Source: Marinomonas sp. PE14-40 (GTDB taxonomy: Bacteria; Pseudomonadota; Gammaproteobacteria; Pseudomonadales; Marinomonadaceae). Taken from it: a DNA stretch of 24,000 bases. Each line of letters starts with the position of its first letter. Position 1 is the stretch's first letter. The notes beneath the pieces are model-generated. The model was not told the origin of the DNA, did not search any database, and was given only the letters and a program-made list of their open reading frames with translations. The stretch covers positions 2,658,047 through 2,682,046 of the forward strand of contig NZ_CP130700.1 in the NCBI RefSeq assembly GCF_051623805.1. The letters are read 5' to 3'. This document shows positions 16,018 through 23,670 of this stretch, piece by piece. The translations under genes were made by a program, and so were the position numbers.

Positions 16018-16943
16018 TAGACAATCTCCGCTTTGATGTATGAAACAAAATCAATATGAGTCCAATGCCATTGGCAGTTAAAATAAACATTGCCAGATTC
16101 ATTAGTAGAGCTAAGAACTGCTGTTCGTTTTTCTCGCTTCATAATGGCGCCCTTCTCAGCTACGTTCGCTGTTTTATATTGGTAACCCCCACTATCCTTT
16201 CCAACATGAAAGCGCTCAGAAGAGTATAAAAGCTCTTCATCCAAACTAAGTATTGCGTATCCATGTCCAACACTTGTAGACGAATTAAGAAATTGTGTTT
16301 TAACACGAATATTAACTCTTCGAGCAAAACCGTGATCTATTTCTAAAGACATCAAATCTTGTGTGCCGCTAATCAAATAAGAATCCATAGTCTCAATAGC
16401 TGCAAATTCTCCTTTAGGAATATCAGATACGTTTTTATAAACTTTCAAAACACCACTTTTAAATTCAGCAAGAAGTAGATCGTCATAACTTGTATCAAAG
16501 GCGGTTTCAAAGTCTTCCAATGAATCAGGGTTATATTCAACATCCGACAAATCTTTAAGATAAAAACCATCTGTTAGATTAAATCGCAAATGGTAAGTTT
16601 TGGTATCATTGATCGAAAAGGTGCGGACTGCATAATCAGAAGTATTGATTTCTAACCAGCCATAAAGCCTGATGATTTGATTCGCTTCGATAGTTAACAC
16701 CGAGCTGTCTAACGTCATTGCTAACCTGCTATCATCTGACATAACTTCAGGGTAAATAGGCAGTTTTTTAACTTGCTCAAAGGTGTCGGTTTTAACATAT
16801 TGGGTGTGGGCATCTGCTTCAGATAAATGATCTGAAATGGCCTGCTCAGCATCTTGGCGCACAGTTTCAAATGACTCTTTAGCCAGGGTCATATCCGCAG
16901 TCGCATCACCTAATGCATTAATGGCATCGAGTATTTCACTCAT
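16017..16943 (-). CDS. Receptor-binding tail fibre protein 3 (shared N-terminal adaptor motif, unique C-terminus)
   Basis: 308 aa. The N-terminus MSEILDAINALGDATADMTLAKESFETVRQD aligns without gaps to the N-termini of the 296-aa and 284-aa proteins. SEADAHTQYV resembles the H-x-x-x-x-(D/N)-(P/A)-H fibre motif. It is followed by a chaperone-like gene. Confidence 0.5.
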   Translation of the reverse strand: MSEILDAINALGDATADMTLAKESFETVRQDAEQAISDHLSEADAHTQYVKTDTFEQVKKLPIYPEVMSDDSRLAMTLDSSVLTIEANQIIRLYGWLEINTSDYAVRTFSINDTKTYHLRFNLTDGFYLKDLSDVEYNPDSLEDFETAFDTSYDDLLLAEFKSGVLKVYKNVSDIPKGEFAAIETMDSYLISGTQDLMSLEIDHGFARRVNIRVKTQFLNSSTSVGHGYAILSLDEELLYSSERFHVGKDSGGYQYKTANVAEKGAIMKREKRTAVLSSTNESGNVYFNCQWHWTHIDFVSYIKAEIV

Positions 16944-16964
16944 AATAATTCATCCTTGAATTAA

Positions 16965-16986
16965 CCTAGGCTTAAAGAAGCCTAGG
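16965..16986. other. Perfect 9-bp stem-loop in the gap between fibre genes
   Basis: CCTAGGCTT-AAAG-AAGCCTAGG. On the plus strand it is followed by TTTGTTTATT (terminator-like). On the minus (coding) strand it is followed by TTAATTC (weaker). Confidence 0.5.
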
Positions 16987-17012
16987 TTTGTTTATTAGCT
17001 ACTTATAAAATT

Positions 17013-17903
17013 TTATAAACGAGTTTTTCCGTAATACGCGATAGAACGAGGTCGAGTCTCATATCCACCATCAGAGCCTGATTCAGAAGAACCTTGTGCA
17101 GTACCTCCCCCCCAATACATCTGATAATTATGAGCTCCACCTACATCGTTATAGGCATGCAATGTGTGTGAATGAGATTCGAACTCATCTTCTTGCCAGC
17201 TTCCAAAGACACGATCAGTATCAACACCGCGCCCATCATCAAACATACGGATAAATTCACCACCGACTATGGGCAAGGTAAAGGTGGTCGAACCATCCCC
17301 TTCACCCCAAAAACCACCATAGGTAATAGGGTCAGCATCTTTGGTGGCTTGATCAATGAGGTTTGAGGTGTTTTTGATTTTGGCCCAAGCAATCGCGAAC
17401 TCAGCTCGATTAAGCTCTGCACCATTTAATGCCACCTCCCCTATGCTAAGCAGATCCGTGGTATCGGTAACTAGCTTGCCAATATCTGCAACAGCATTAC
17501 CTGTCTTAGCGTTAATCTGTTCAATCACATAAAAAGCAGTGCCGTCATAACGCACTTTGACTAAAGCCTCCGCAAAGAGCTGACTAGCAGCGGTCACATT
17601 AACAATACTTTTTGCCCCTTGAGCATTCACATCAAGTGATACCAAGGCCTCATCATTTGTATTTGATATGATGAGGCTTATTTCATCACCCGCTGCTAAA
17701 TCAGAAACAATGGCCGTTGACGTCACAGTCAATGTATTTTTACCAAGCGCTTGTGCATAACGTTCCAAGTTACGTAGCGTTTGAATCGACTCAGCTAAGG
17801 CGCCTTGATAGCCATCATAGATGGATTCAAATACTTCTTTTGCTTGTACTAGCTCTTCTGTTGCATCCTTCATTGCCACTAAAGAGTATGTAAAATCACT
17901 CAT
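17013..17903 (-). CDS. Receptor-binding tail fibre protein 2 with C-terminal phage Tail-Collar domain
   Basis: 296 aa. It has the shared N-terminal motif MSDFTYSLVAMKDATEELVQAKEVFESI. The C-terminal TFTLPIVGGEFIRMFDDGRGVDTDRVFGSWQEDEFESHSH...GYETRPRSIAYY matches the Tail-Collar domain pattern (LPDLRGxFxR...GRG.D..R..GS.Q.D....H...ETRP.N). Confidence 0.7.
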   Translation of the reverse strand: MSDFTYSLVAMKDATEELVQAKEVFESIYDGYQGALAESIQTLRNLERYAQALGKNTLTVTSTAIVSDLAAGDEISLIISNTNDEALVSLDVNAQGAKSIVNVTAASQLFAEALVKVRYDGTAFYVIEQINAKTGNAVADIGKLVTDTTDLLSIGEVALNGAELNRAEFAIAWAKIKNTSNLIDQATKDADPITYGGFWGEGDGSTTFTLPIVGGEFIRMFDDGRGVDTDRVFGSWQEDEFESHSHTLHAYNDVGGAHNYQMYWGGGTAQGSSESGSDGGYETRPRSIAYYGKTRL

Positions 17904-17950
17904 TTTTAAATTCCTTTTAACTTTCAGCTTTCAACTTTTTTAAGCTGTAT

Positions 17951-18220
17951 TTATAACTCGTTATCAGTTAGCGGATATCTCGCTTTTATTTCTGCAACCT
18001 TGTTACGCCATGTTTGCTCAGCTTCTGGTGTATGATCGAACTGCCATTCCATATAGAGAAGGTCTGATTCTGATTTATAAGCGGCGAACCTAAAAGCCTT
18101 CTGTTTTTCATTAAAACCTATAAGAAGAGCATTATTATTAATTCCAGTTTTATTTAAATCTTCCTCCAGCCAGCCTATAAACTGTTTTCCACCAACATTC
18201 ACATTTATTTTTCCTGTCAT
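17951..18220 (-). CDS. Small hypothetical protein following fibre gene 1 (possible chaperone/accessory)
   Basis: The track ORF begins with GTG at 18229, directly abutting the upstream stop. An ATG at 18220, preceded by TAGGTGAT, is the likelier start (MTGKINVNVGGKQF...). No recognisable motif was found. Confidence 0.4.
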   Translation of the reverse strand: MTGKINVNVGGKQFIGWLEEDLNKTGINNNALLIGFNEKQKAFRFAAYKSESDLLYMEWQFDHTPEAEQTWRNKVAEIKARYPLTDNEL

Positions 18221-18229
18221 AAAAATCAC

Positions 18230-19084
18230 CTATATTGATAGTAAATATGCACCACTTCCAGGAATTTGTAGTGGCTTTAAGTCACTGGAAAACAAGCTTG
18301 TTTCTGCATCTAAAACACACGAATAGGTATTCAAAATAACAAAACAAGATAAATTTCCATCTATTAAAGAGAAGTTATTTTGTATAGATTCTGACGTATT
18401 TAGCTTTGTCATACCGACAAAACTGAAGGTTGAGCCAATTTTGTGATCACCAGTATGATAAGCGGCCTTAACAATCGATTTTAAACTAGGTGAATCATTA
18501 AAAATATTAACTGGATAATAGCCACCGAACTGGACACTCCCTCCATAGCCATAAACTAATGAGTCATTAGTTCGTGAAGATTCAATGTAAATGTTAAAAT
18601 CATACGGATTAGCAAATTTTATAGAGCCACCGCTCCTCACAATAAAGCCACCACCATCAAATACTTTTAAACCATTACCAGCACCATCATTTGAAAATAA
18701 AATAATATTTTTTGATGTAGCCTCAAGGCCAGTATCAACTGGATATAATAAAGGGCCCCCATTATCATCCGTAATGAGCATTAACTTTATTGCTCCCAAA
18801 GCACCTTCAGGTATCAAATTAAATGCCTTATCAAGTGTTTTAAGTGGGCTTGATGAACTTAAACCTGAATTTAAATCGTCTCCGTTATGCGATACATAAA
18901 GCGTCACGTCCATCACAGAGCTAATTACCTCATTTACATCTTGAGATAGCTGGCTTACGAAATTAGCCAATTCAGTCGCAGATGAGTCAACATCTGCTCG
19001 AATATCTTCAAAAAGCTCTTTCGCTTCCTTCATTTCAGACGCAGCTAGCGTTAACGCTGCTGTCGCTGTGCTTAGTTCACTCAT
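18230..19084 (-). CDS. Receptor-binding protein 1, tailspike-like (possible parallel beta-helix)
   Basis: 284 aa. It has the shared N-terminal motif MSELSTATAALTLAASEMKEAKELFEDIRAD. Then LYVSHNGDDLNSGLSSSSPLKTLDKAF matches the yVs..G.D.n.G....P.kTl..A entry motif of pectate-lyase-fold beta-helix proteins. Gly/Asn-rich repeats follow. Its start overlaps the stop of the 190-aa gene (ATGA). Confidence 0.5.
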   Translation of the reverse strand: MSELSTATAALTLAASEMKEAKELFEDIRADVDSSATELANFVSQLSQDVNEVISSVMDVTLYVSHNGDDLNSGLSSSSPLKTLDKAFNLIPEGALGAIKLMLITDDNGGPLLYPVDTGLEATSKNIILFSNDGAGNGLKVFDGGGFIVRSGGSIKFANPYDFNIYIESSRTNDSLVYGYGGSVQFGGYYPVNIFNDSPSLKSIVKAAYHTGDHKIGSTFSFVGMTKLNTSESIQNNFSLIDGNLSCFVILNTYSCVLDAETSLFSSDLKPLQIPGSGAYLLSI

Positions 19085-19653
19085 AGCTTCCCTTCCAAGG
19101 TTAATAATCTTTCATGATTTTTAATGGCGCTTGATAAAGCGGATATGGTCGCTGCGCTGTTTTGCATTATGCTGGTTTGCATAGCGAGCATTTCTGCTTC
19201 GTAATCAAACTGCCAAGATTCCAGTGGCAGATCTGCACCCGTCAACTGCTTCGCATTGCTAAAGGGCACGACTAAATTGCGGTTAATCACCTGCCCTATA
19301 TCTTTTCGCTTCTTATTCAGCGGAATATAGGAATAGGCTAATAACTCACCTGAGTCAGTGACTATGCCGTAATAATTGAAGTCATAATCACCCACACTAC
19401 TGTCTAGTACCAGTGAGTAAGTCACCGCATTGTCATCGTTATAATGAGGGTCTTGAACAAGGATATTGCCACCCACTAAATAACTATTATCTGGAATACC
19501 AGCCGCAGCATCTGCTGGTGTGGTTTCATCCACACCTGGTACATTAGCCAAGATAAAGTGGGTGACCACCACAGGTTCTAAACTCGCGGCTTTTTGGGCA
19601 ATGTAGCGTGCCCCTGCATCTGTTACTGTTCCACTTACTATATCTGTCATCAT
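19081..19653 (-). CDS. Short tail fibre proximal (collar/baseplate-attachment) protein, DUF3751-like
   Basis: 190 aa. The N-terminus GTVTDAGARYIAQKAASLEPVVVTHFILANVPG resembles the tail-collar fibre N-terminal domain of P2 gpH-type fibres. It ends in a helical segment (EAEMLAMQTSIMQNSAATISALSSAIKNHERLLTLEGKL) with no distal domain. Confidence 0.55.
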   Translation of the reverse strand: MMTDIVSGTVTDAGARYIAQKAASLEPVVVTHFILANVPGVDETTPADAAAGIPDNSYLVGGNILVQDPHYNDDNAVTYSLVLDSSVGDYDFNYYGIVTDSGELLAYSYIPLNKKRKDIGQVINRNLVVPFSNAKQLTGADLPLESWQFDYEAEMLAMQTSIMQNSAATISALSSAIKNHERLLTLEGKL

Positions 19654-19659
19654 TCGTCC

Positions 19660-20289
19660 TTAAATTGCATTTATCCTATCTTCGCTTCGTTCAATAAAGT
19701 GCTGAGCGATACTTGCCTTAGCAGGCTCTGTCGTATCAGCAAATACATATTCCGTTCGTCCACTTATTTGCTCTACCCCTCTATCAATACCAAAGCTAAA
19801 TCCCTCTACGGCTATGGATTCAATAGCATCCACCATCAAAAATTCATAACGGCGACAGGTTCGGCCATATTGGCGGATAATGTGATGAGCAAGCTCTGGA
19901 TTTTGGGTCAAGCTAGAGTCAGCCAACCAAAGAGTAATGACATCCCAGTCACTTTCACTGTCTCTTTCAATTTGTCCATATAAAGGCACATCAAAGCGAG
20001 CAAGAACCTCTTTAAAGCCTCCTTTACTGCCCGCATCTATGGCATTTTTCACCCCGTGTTTTACACGTTTACGAAAGAGCTCATCTGGTTCATCAGCAAA
20101 TCGGTCAATATCATTTTGATACGCCAAAAGCTTAAGCACATACACATGGCAGGTCTCGGCATCGAGCTGATTGAGTGGCGTCTTTATCCAGTCTTCCGTT
20201 TTATCCCAAAAGGTCACAAAAGCATCCGCTAGCTTGTTAATTTCTTTGCCTTCTCGAATCCATACAGGCAATTCAAATTTAGCAACCAT
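19660..20289 (-). CDS. Baseplate wedge protein, P2 gpI-like
   Basis: 209 aa, directly after the gpJ-like gene. LKLLAYQNDIDRFADEPDELFRKRVKHGVKNAIDAGSKGGFKEVL resembles the gpI pattern (L.wLAw...vd.W....e..KR..i..a...hr.KGT). Confidence 0.5.
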   Translation of the reverse strand: MVAKFELPVWIREGKEINKLADAFVTFWDKTEDWIKTPLNQLDAETCHVYVLKLLAYQNDIDRFADEPDELFRKRVKHGVKNAIDAGSKGGFKEVLARFDVPLYGQIERDSESDWDVITLWLADSSLTQNPELAHHIIRQYGRTCRRYEFLMVDAIESIAVEGFSFGIDRGVEQISGRTEYVFADTTEPAKASIAQHFIERSEDRINAI

Positions 20290-20291
20290 AA

Positions 20292-21485
20292 CTAACCCTC
20301 TTGCACACTGAGTGAGGCCAAACGTGGGATTTCAAGTTCAGCGCTTATGTGGCTTCCAATCACTTCTTCCCCATCAGTAATGGCCTTAAAATCAATACTT
20401 TCTATCTCAGGGAAGTTTTGATAAACCTCACTGGCTAAGCGAGTAAAAGAAAATCGTGAATAAGGCTGAGTTTGAGTCATTACATAAGCCGAATTTGACC
20501 TAAAAGCCGCTTCAATCGCCTGCTCAATACCAGTCAAACTAGCTGCCTTTTCTTCCGCCGTTAATGCCACAGGAAAGTAAACAGTGACACCAAGGTCTAC
20601 TAACAAATCAGGTACTTTCTTAACCTCTAAATCATCACCATGACCGTGATAGCCTTCATCTCTTATCATGCGATTAATAATCTCTAGATAACTGTCAGCA
20701 GGTGCATCAAGTTCGAACAAAACATAAGCGTCAGCCGCTCCTGGTACCACGCTAGTTCCACCTCTTTTCACACCATGTTCAAACCAAATCATGTCAGTGG
20801 AAACACCAGCAAACTTCGCAATCAAATGTCGATATACCCCATCCGTGTGATAATGACTTAAGGAGTTAAAAGCATTACGAATGCGTAAGCGATATGCTTC
20901 AATATCTTCATCATCATCTCCTACCACTTGAATCCAACTATCAGGGTTCGTCACAGTGACACCTTGGATATCACAGTTCACATACTGGCCAGTTTCCAAG
21001 TTATACGCCTTGCCTTCTGCTACAGCGCGAACTGGCACACTAATCGAGTTATCATCTTTACCCAGCACGATTGGATAAGTTGTTTCCAGTTCATAAACAA
21101 TGTCATTCAAGGGCTCGGTACGAATCCGTGTACCAAGCGGAATCTCAATATCTCCCTCTTGTCCTGCTCGAGTAAATTGCAACCGACCCTCTAGCCGTTG
21201 AGCTTTTTTTCGCTCCACCCCATAATTGTTACCCCACAGGTCAATAAAACCCTCTCCAACTGTCTTTAAAAAAAATTGTGGCATCACAGTTTGAACCAAA
21301 GCATTCACTAGCCAGATCACAGGCTGAATCGCGACCGCTGAGATCAAGCGCCAAAAAGGGCTATAGGCAGAATCATTACTGATTTTAGAGCCAGAGTCGG
21401 TCACGGTTTGCTTAAACGCCGCCTTAATCTCAGCTTCGGTAATGGGTACACCTTCATCCTTTAATAGGCTTTCAAATTCCTTCAT
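20292..21485 (-). CDS. Baseplate J / gp47 family protein
   Basis: 397 aa. Size, position (after the gpW-like gene, before the gpI-like gene) and general sequence character match baseplate J-like proteins. Its start overlaps the upstream stop (ATGA-type coupling). Confidence 0.65.
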   Translation of the reverse strand: MKEFESLLKDEGVPITEAEIKAAFKQTVTDSGSKISNDSAYSPFWRLISAVAIQPVIWLVNALVQTVMPQFFLKTVGEGFIDLWGNNYGVERKKAQRLEGRLQFTRAGQEGDIEIPLGTRIRTEPLNDIVYELETTYPIVLGKDDNSISVPVRAVAEGKAYNLETGQYVNCDIQGVTVTNPDSWIQVVGDDDEDIEAYRLRIRNAFNSLSHYHTDGVYRHLIAKFAGVSTDMIWFEHGVKRGGTSVVPGAADAYVLFELDAPADSYLEIINRMIRDEGYHGHGDDLEVKKVPDLLVDLGVTVYFPVALTAEEKAASLTGIEQAIEAAFRSNSAYVMTQTQPYSRFSFTRLASEVYQNFPEIESIDFKAITDGEEVIGSHISAELEIPRLASLSVQEG

Positions 21486-21793
21486 AGGGTTACCTCTATC
21501 GCTTCGTTATTTAACGTACGTGCACTACAGTTAAGTGCTTCCCCTATTAACGCCACCTTGGCCGTCCCTGGGTAAATACGTGTATCGTTTTCCATTTCAA
21601 TTTCTACCTGAGTGGTGAGAGTGGCCAGTTTTACCTGGCTTCTCTCACCTATCATGCTAAAGGCATAACCTTTTTCTCTAAGCATGTGTCTTAGGTCTTG
21701 TGCTATACAAACTGCCTCTGCCCTAAGCTCAGGTTCTCCCAATAGGTTTAGTACCAAGTCATCATCTATGATGCTTAAATCTATGCTGTCCAT
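21482..21793 (-). CDS. Small baseplate protein (gpW/gp25-like, DUF2590-like)
   Basis: 103 aa. IDLSIIDDDLVLNLLGEPELRAEAVCIAQDLRHMLREKG fits the DL....GDL......G.P......I.QD..H pattern of small baseplate wedge proteins. It lies between the tape measure and the J-like gene. Confidence 0.45.
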   Translation of the reverse strand: MDSIDLSIIDDDLVLNLLGEPELRAEAVCIAQDLRHMLREKGYAFSMIGERSQVKLATLTTQVEIEMENDTRIYPGTAKVALIGEALNCSARTLNNEAIEVTL

Positions 21794-23436
21794 TAGCCCA
21801 CCTGCATTTCCATTTCATGGGCCAATTCATCACCACGTACCCCTTGGCCATAATTATTCACTTCAATTTTTTCCACATGGCTTTGCTTACTGGTACTGGC
21901 AAATAGGTTGCTGAAAGATTGAAATAAGCCGCCTTGCTCACCCGTCTGAGATGACTCTGCCCCTGGTAAGGTTAGGTTTGCACCTTGTGCCATACCTTGC
22001 TCGGCAACTTTTTGTGACAAGCCCTGATTTGCTTGTATATCAGGGCTAGCATCCACACCCGGTAACCAACTGAACTTATTTTTAATCCAGTCAGCCGACT
22101 CTCCGATAAAGCCAAAAGGATTCAAACTAGTAAGCCAATTTTTTAGCTCACTCCAAGCACCTTTGATGGTTTCTATAAAGGCAAAATCAAAACTCATGTC
22201 AGGCATCAGAGATAACTCACCCAGCCAGACTTGAAACTCTCCCCACCATTGCGGAATTCGATCAAATACGCCTATCAAAAGATCAACGATTTCAATCACG
22301 GCATAGAGAGGAAAGAAGGCTAATTTAAGCCATTCATTGTCACTAAATAGCCCTTTAATAAAGCTAAAACCTTGGCTTAACGCAGAGAAAACCCAATCCG
22401 TAAAACGCCCTATGGCAGCACTCACCTCATCCCAGTAAACCACCATGGCGACTAGCGCAGCGATCAAGGCTGTGATACCCACCACAATCCAAGTAATCGG
22501 ATTCGCCAATAAAGCAGCGGTAAAACTCCAAATAGCCGGCAAGCTTGTGAGTACACCGGCTTTTAGAGAGGTAAATAACCCCATCAACAAAGGCCCAGTC
22601 GCCACCATTGCTTTCATAGCACCATTAAGAATCCAAACACCGGCGGCTTGTAATTTAAGCAGAGGCGTAATAACCAGATTCTTGACTAACCAATTTTGCG
22701 ACAGCGTTATGGCATGGCTTTTAGCTAAATTGAGCATTTCCTGAGCGACCCCCACCATATTAATCACTTCCATCATGGAGCCCAATGCCTGCTCTGCTGT
22801 ATTTACCCCTTGCGCAAGACTTGGATACTTGTCAGCCCAGCCATCAAGGCTTTTCCCCATGGCTTTTACCTCATCAATATAAGGACTTAACATGGGAGAA
22901 AGCTGTGTCATCAAGTTGCCAGAAAGCGCCTGAACTTTAGTATCCAATGCTGGCCAAAGCGCCAGTTGCTCATTCAAGCCTTGCTTCAATGTAGAAAAAG
23001 AATCCGTGTAAGCCGAGATATTCGATTCTCCGAATACACGGCCCATAATATTGTCACCACTTAAGGTTTTAAGGCTGGCAACCTGCCCTTTAATCTGCCC
23101 TAAACTGTCATGTAAAATCTGTAGTTTGGAGCTTGATTCGCCCGCGATATCAACAGAAGCAATAACCGAATTTGTTGTCACACCGCTGGAGAGATCGACT
23201 TGACCGGCAGCATTTTTTGTCGCATCAGACACGCCCATGCTAGTTATCAAGTTCTGTACTTCTAGCGTTAAGGTATCTAAACCTGCGGTTAGGCTTAAAA
23301 CCGCTTGATAAGGTGCCTCAAAGACAGTTTGCATTTGCTTCACTAACACTTGAATCCCGTTTTGAACTCCCTCAAGAGAGCTCGGAAACTGATTTAGCTT
23401 GCCAAGGCTTAGCTGTAATTTTTCAAGAGCTTCCAT
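21793..23436 (-). CDS. Tail tape measure protein
   Basis: 547 aa. It has a long helical N-terminal region and a central block of hydrophobic helices (…VITPLLKLQAAGVWILNGAMKAMVATGPLLMGLF…ITWIVVGITALIAALVAMVVYW…). It lies immediately downstream of the chaperone/frameshift pair. Confidence 0.8.
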   Translation of the reverse strand: MEALEKLQLSLGKLNQFPSSLEGVQNGIQVLVKQMQTVFEAPYQAVLSLTAGLDTLTLEVQNLITSMGVSDATKNAAGQVDLSSGVTTNSVIASVDIAGESSSKLQILHDSLGQIKGQVASLKTLSGDNIMGRVFGESNISAYTDSFSTLKQGLNEQLALWPALDTKVQALSGNLMTQLSPMLSPYIDEVKAMGKSLDGWADKYPSLAQGVNTAEQALGSMMEVINMVGVAQEMLNLAKSHAITLSQNWLVKNLVITPLLKLQAAGVWILNGAMKAMVATGPLLMGLFTSLKAGVLTSLPAIWSFTAALLANPITWIVVGITALIAALVAMVVYWDEVSAAIGRFTDWVFSALSQGFSFIKGLFSDNEWLKLAFFPLYAVIEIVDLLIGVFDRIPQWWGEFQVWLGELSLMPDMSFDFAFIETIKGAWSELKNWLTSLNPFGFIGESADWIKNKFSWLPGVDASPDIQANQGLSQKVAEQGMAQGANLTLPGAESSQTGEQGGLFQSFSNLFASTSKQSHVEKIEVNNYGQGVRGDELAHEMEMQVG

Positions 23437-23457
23437 GTTTTACCCCTAGCTACTTCC

Positions 23458-23670
23458 CTATTTGCCTGCAAAGGCCTTGGCAATACCATTGGCAATGGCT
23501 GCCGTTTCCCTCTTCATTTCTCGCTCTTCTAACCAAAGCGCCCGTCCTAGGCTTTCCGGTTCATCATCTTCATGAGGAAGCCAGCGCATCCTCAAGGTTA
23601 CGAGTTGCTCGAAGCCATTTTTGTCGATGCTGTCCCGGAACGCCTGCGCAGCTTTACCACCGTAGGCAGA
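23458..23670 (-). CDS. -1 frame extension ORF of the tail assembly chaperone (gpT / GT-like)
   Basis: By hand translation the -1 frame is open from 23670 to a TAG at 23460-23458. It overlaps the last roughly 24 codons of the chaperone ORF. It continues ...DKNGFEQLVTLRMRWLPHEDDEPESLGRALWLEEREMKRETAAIANGIAKAFAGK* and ends 21 nt before the tape-measure ATG. It has no ATG of its own. Confidence 0.5.
   Translation of the reverse strand, partial: SAYGGKAAQAFRDSIDKNGFEQLVTLRMRWLPHEDDEPESLGRALWLEEREMKRETAAIANGIAKAFAGK

Noticed and set aside
15505-19653. Fibre diversification by an invertible segment (Gin/Cin-type shufflon) or a diversity-generating retroelement.
   Set aside because: No recombinase or reverse transcriptase gene is present. 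No template/variable repeat pair or inverted crossover sites were seen. All three tip genes are on the same strand, each with its own start codon.
286-22744. Many 60-130-aa ORFs in the track lie antisense to or overlap longer genes: 286-486+, 3106-3303+, 4642-4863-, 7965-8213-, 10957-11145+, 12218-12424-, 12283-12639+, 13609-13797+, 14038-14232+, 15098-15307+, 15571-15810+, 17172-17366+, 18591-18899+, 19594-19983+, 19937-20119+, 20928-21194+, 21684-21914+ and 22445-22744+.
   Set aside because: Each lies entirely within, or mostly overlaps, a longer ORF with clear family motifs or operon context. Their translations are low-complexity or Ser/Cys/Leu-rich shadow-frame products. None has a ribosome-binding site or recognisable motif.
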